The notes under the pieces were generated by a model. The model did not search any database. It was not told the origin of the DNA and saw only the letters and a program-made list of their open reading frames with translations. Below, one piece after another: positions 31,212 through 32,000 of a stretch of 32,000 nt of DNA; the stretch's first letter is position 1; each line of letters opens with the position of its first letter. Source of the DNA: Synechococcus elongatus PCC 6301 (GTDB lineage Bacteria; Cyanobacteriota; Cyanobacteriia; Synechococcales; Synechococcaceae); contig NC_006576.1 in the NCBI RefSeq assembly GCF_000010065.1, positions 2,280,001 through 2,312,000 on the forward strand, written 5' to 3'. The position numbers and the translations under genes are program-made.

Positions 31212-31982
31212 CTAACTAGGACTGACCTGATCGCGAGGGTATCGTAGGAGCGATCGCCGACCCTTTGCTGGATTGGACAACACGGTCTGGAGGCGCTCTG
31301 CCAAATCGCAGACACGCGTTTCATTGCTCTGGGCCTGAACTTGAAACACCCGCTGGTTGTCCCAGTCCAGAGCCGTTAGCCAGCCGCTTCTGGGGTGATA
31401 GACCCCCGTATCTAGCCCCAACCATCCGGCACCCGCTGCTACATAGCCCGGCTGGATGCCCGCCATGGTGCAGGTGATTGTGTGGCCCACCAAAATCGTT
31501 TTGTTGGCAAAAAATGGCTGCGATCGCGCTAAAAATTGATCGCGAATCCAGCAAAACTCGTTGGCATCTTGGCGGCTCAACGGCAGGTCAGGATCGACGC
31601 CGGCATGCACGAGCCAAATCTCGCCTAAGTCTAGATAGAGCGGCAGTTGTTGCAGCCACGGTCGCAACTCTTCAAGAGCTTCCCAGCTGCCAAAACTGGC
31701 TAAAGTTGCCTGACCACCAGCTTGGAACCAATGCAATCGCAGTTCTGATAAGTCAGGGAAGGCCAGCACTTGGGACAGCAAGTGCTCGTGGTTGCCCATC
31801 AAACTCGTGTAGCCCTGCGATCGCACGAGGGCAACGACCTTGGCACTGTCAGGGCCGCGATCGATCAAATCACCCAGGCAATAGACCTGATCATCGGTAT
31901 CTGGGTCAGCCAGCTCTAGCAAGCGATAGAGACTGCGGTAATGCCCATGCACATCGCCAATAATCAGTCGTCGGCCTGCCAT
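31212..31982 (-). CDS. Metallophosphoesterase / serine-threonine protein phosphatase (Ser/Thr PPase-like, ApaH-like)
   Basis: LIIGDVHGHYRSLYRLLELADPDTDDQVYCLGDLIDRGPDSAKVVALVRSQGYTSLMGNHEHLL (GDxHG, GDxxDRG, GNHE motifs), VGHTI, GLDTGVYHPRSGWLTAL. Confidence 0.93.
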   Translation of the reverse strand: MAGRRLIIGDVHGHYRSLYRLLELADPDTDDQVYCLGDLIDRGPDSAKVVALVRSQGYTSLMGNHEHLLSQVLAFPDLSELRLHWFQAGGQATLASFGSWEALEELRPWLQQLPLYLDLGEIWLVHAGVDPDLPLSRQDANEFCWIRDQFLARSQPFFANKTILVGHTITCTMAGIQPGYVAAGAGWLGLDTGVYHPRSGWLTALDWDNQRVFQVQAQSNETRVCDLAERLQTVLSNPAKGRRSLLRYPRDQVSPS

Positions 31983-32000
31983 GGTCGATCAGCTCCCGAG

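Overview
The window is a gene-dense, HIP1-rich (GCGATCGC) cyanobacterial chromosome segment. Gene content and order look like Synechococcus elongatus, which is an inference from memory and not a database match. Most of it is housekeeping: ppx (partial), a ubiA-like prenyltransferase, an LD-carboxypeptidase, psbY, a gamma-carbonic-anhydrase-like protein, proS, accD, pyrG, a queD-like gene, tRNA-Ser(UGA), uvrC, pdhA, ftn2/zipN, a bcp-like peroxiredoxin, pilD, a PBP4-type carboxypeptidase, fni, a DUF4330 protein and a metallophosphoesterase. Two items stand out. (1) The ubiA-like gene has one in-frame TAG (1548-1550) that occupies a residue position in an otherwise continuous reading frame. (2) There is a compact arsenic locus: arsJ and its associated GAPDH overlap by ATGA and are divergent from an ACR3-type arsenite permease. 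A perfect ATCAA-N6-TTGAT palindrome lies in the divergent promoter, and msrA follows acr3, but no arsR or arsC is visible. Smaller observations include HIP1 sites forming the stem of a terminator, a hairpin and a 13-bp direct repeat near the accD 3' end, an AT-rich convergent gap with a 10-bp inverted repeat, and an unusually long fni/dacB overlap. I found no CRISPR array, transposon, phage or toxin/defence island. I did not find a convincing wholly new system.
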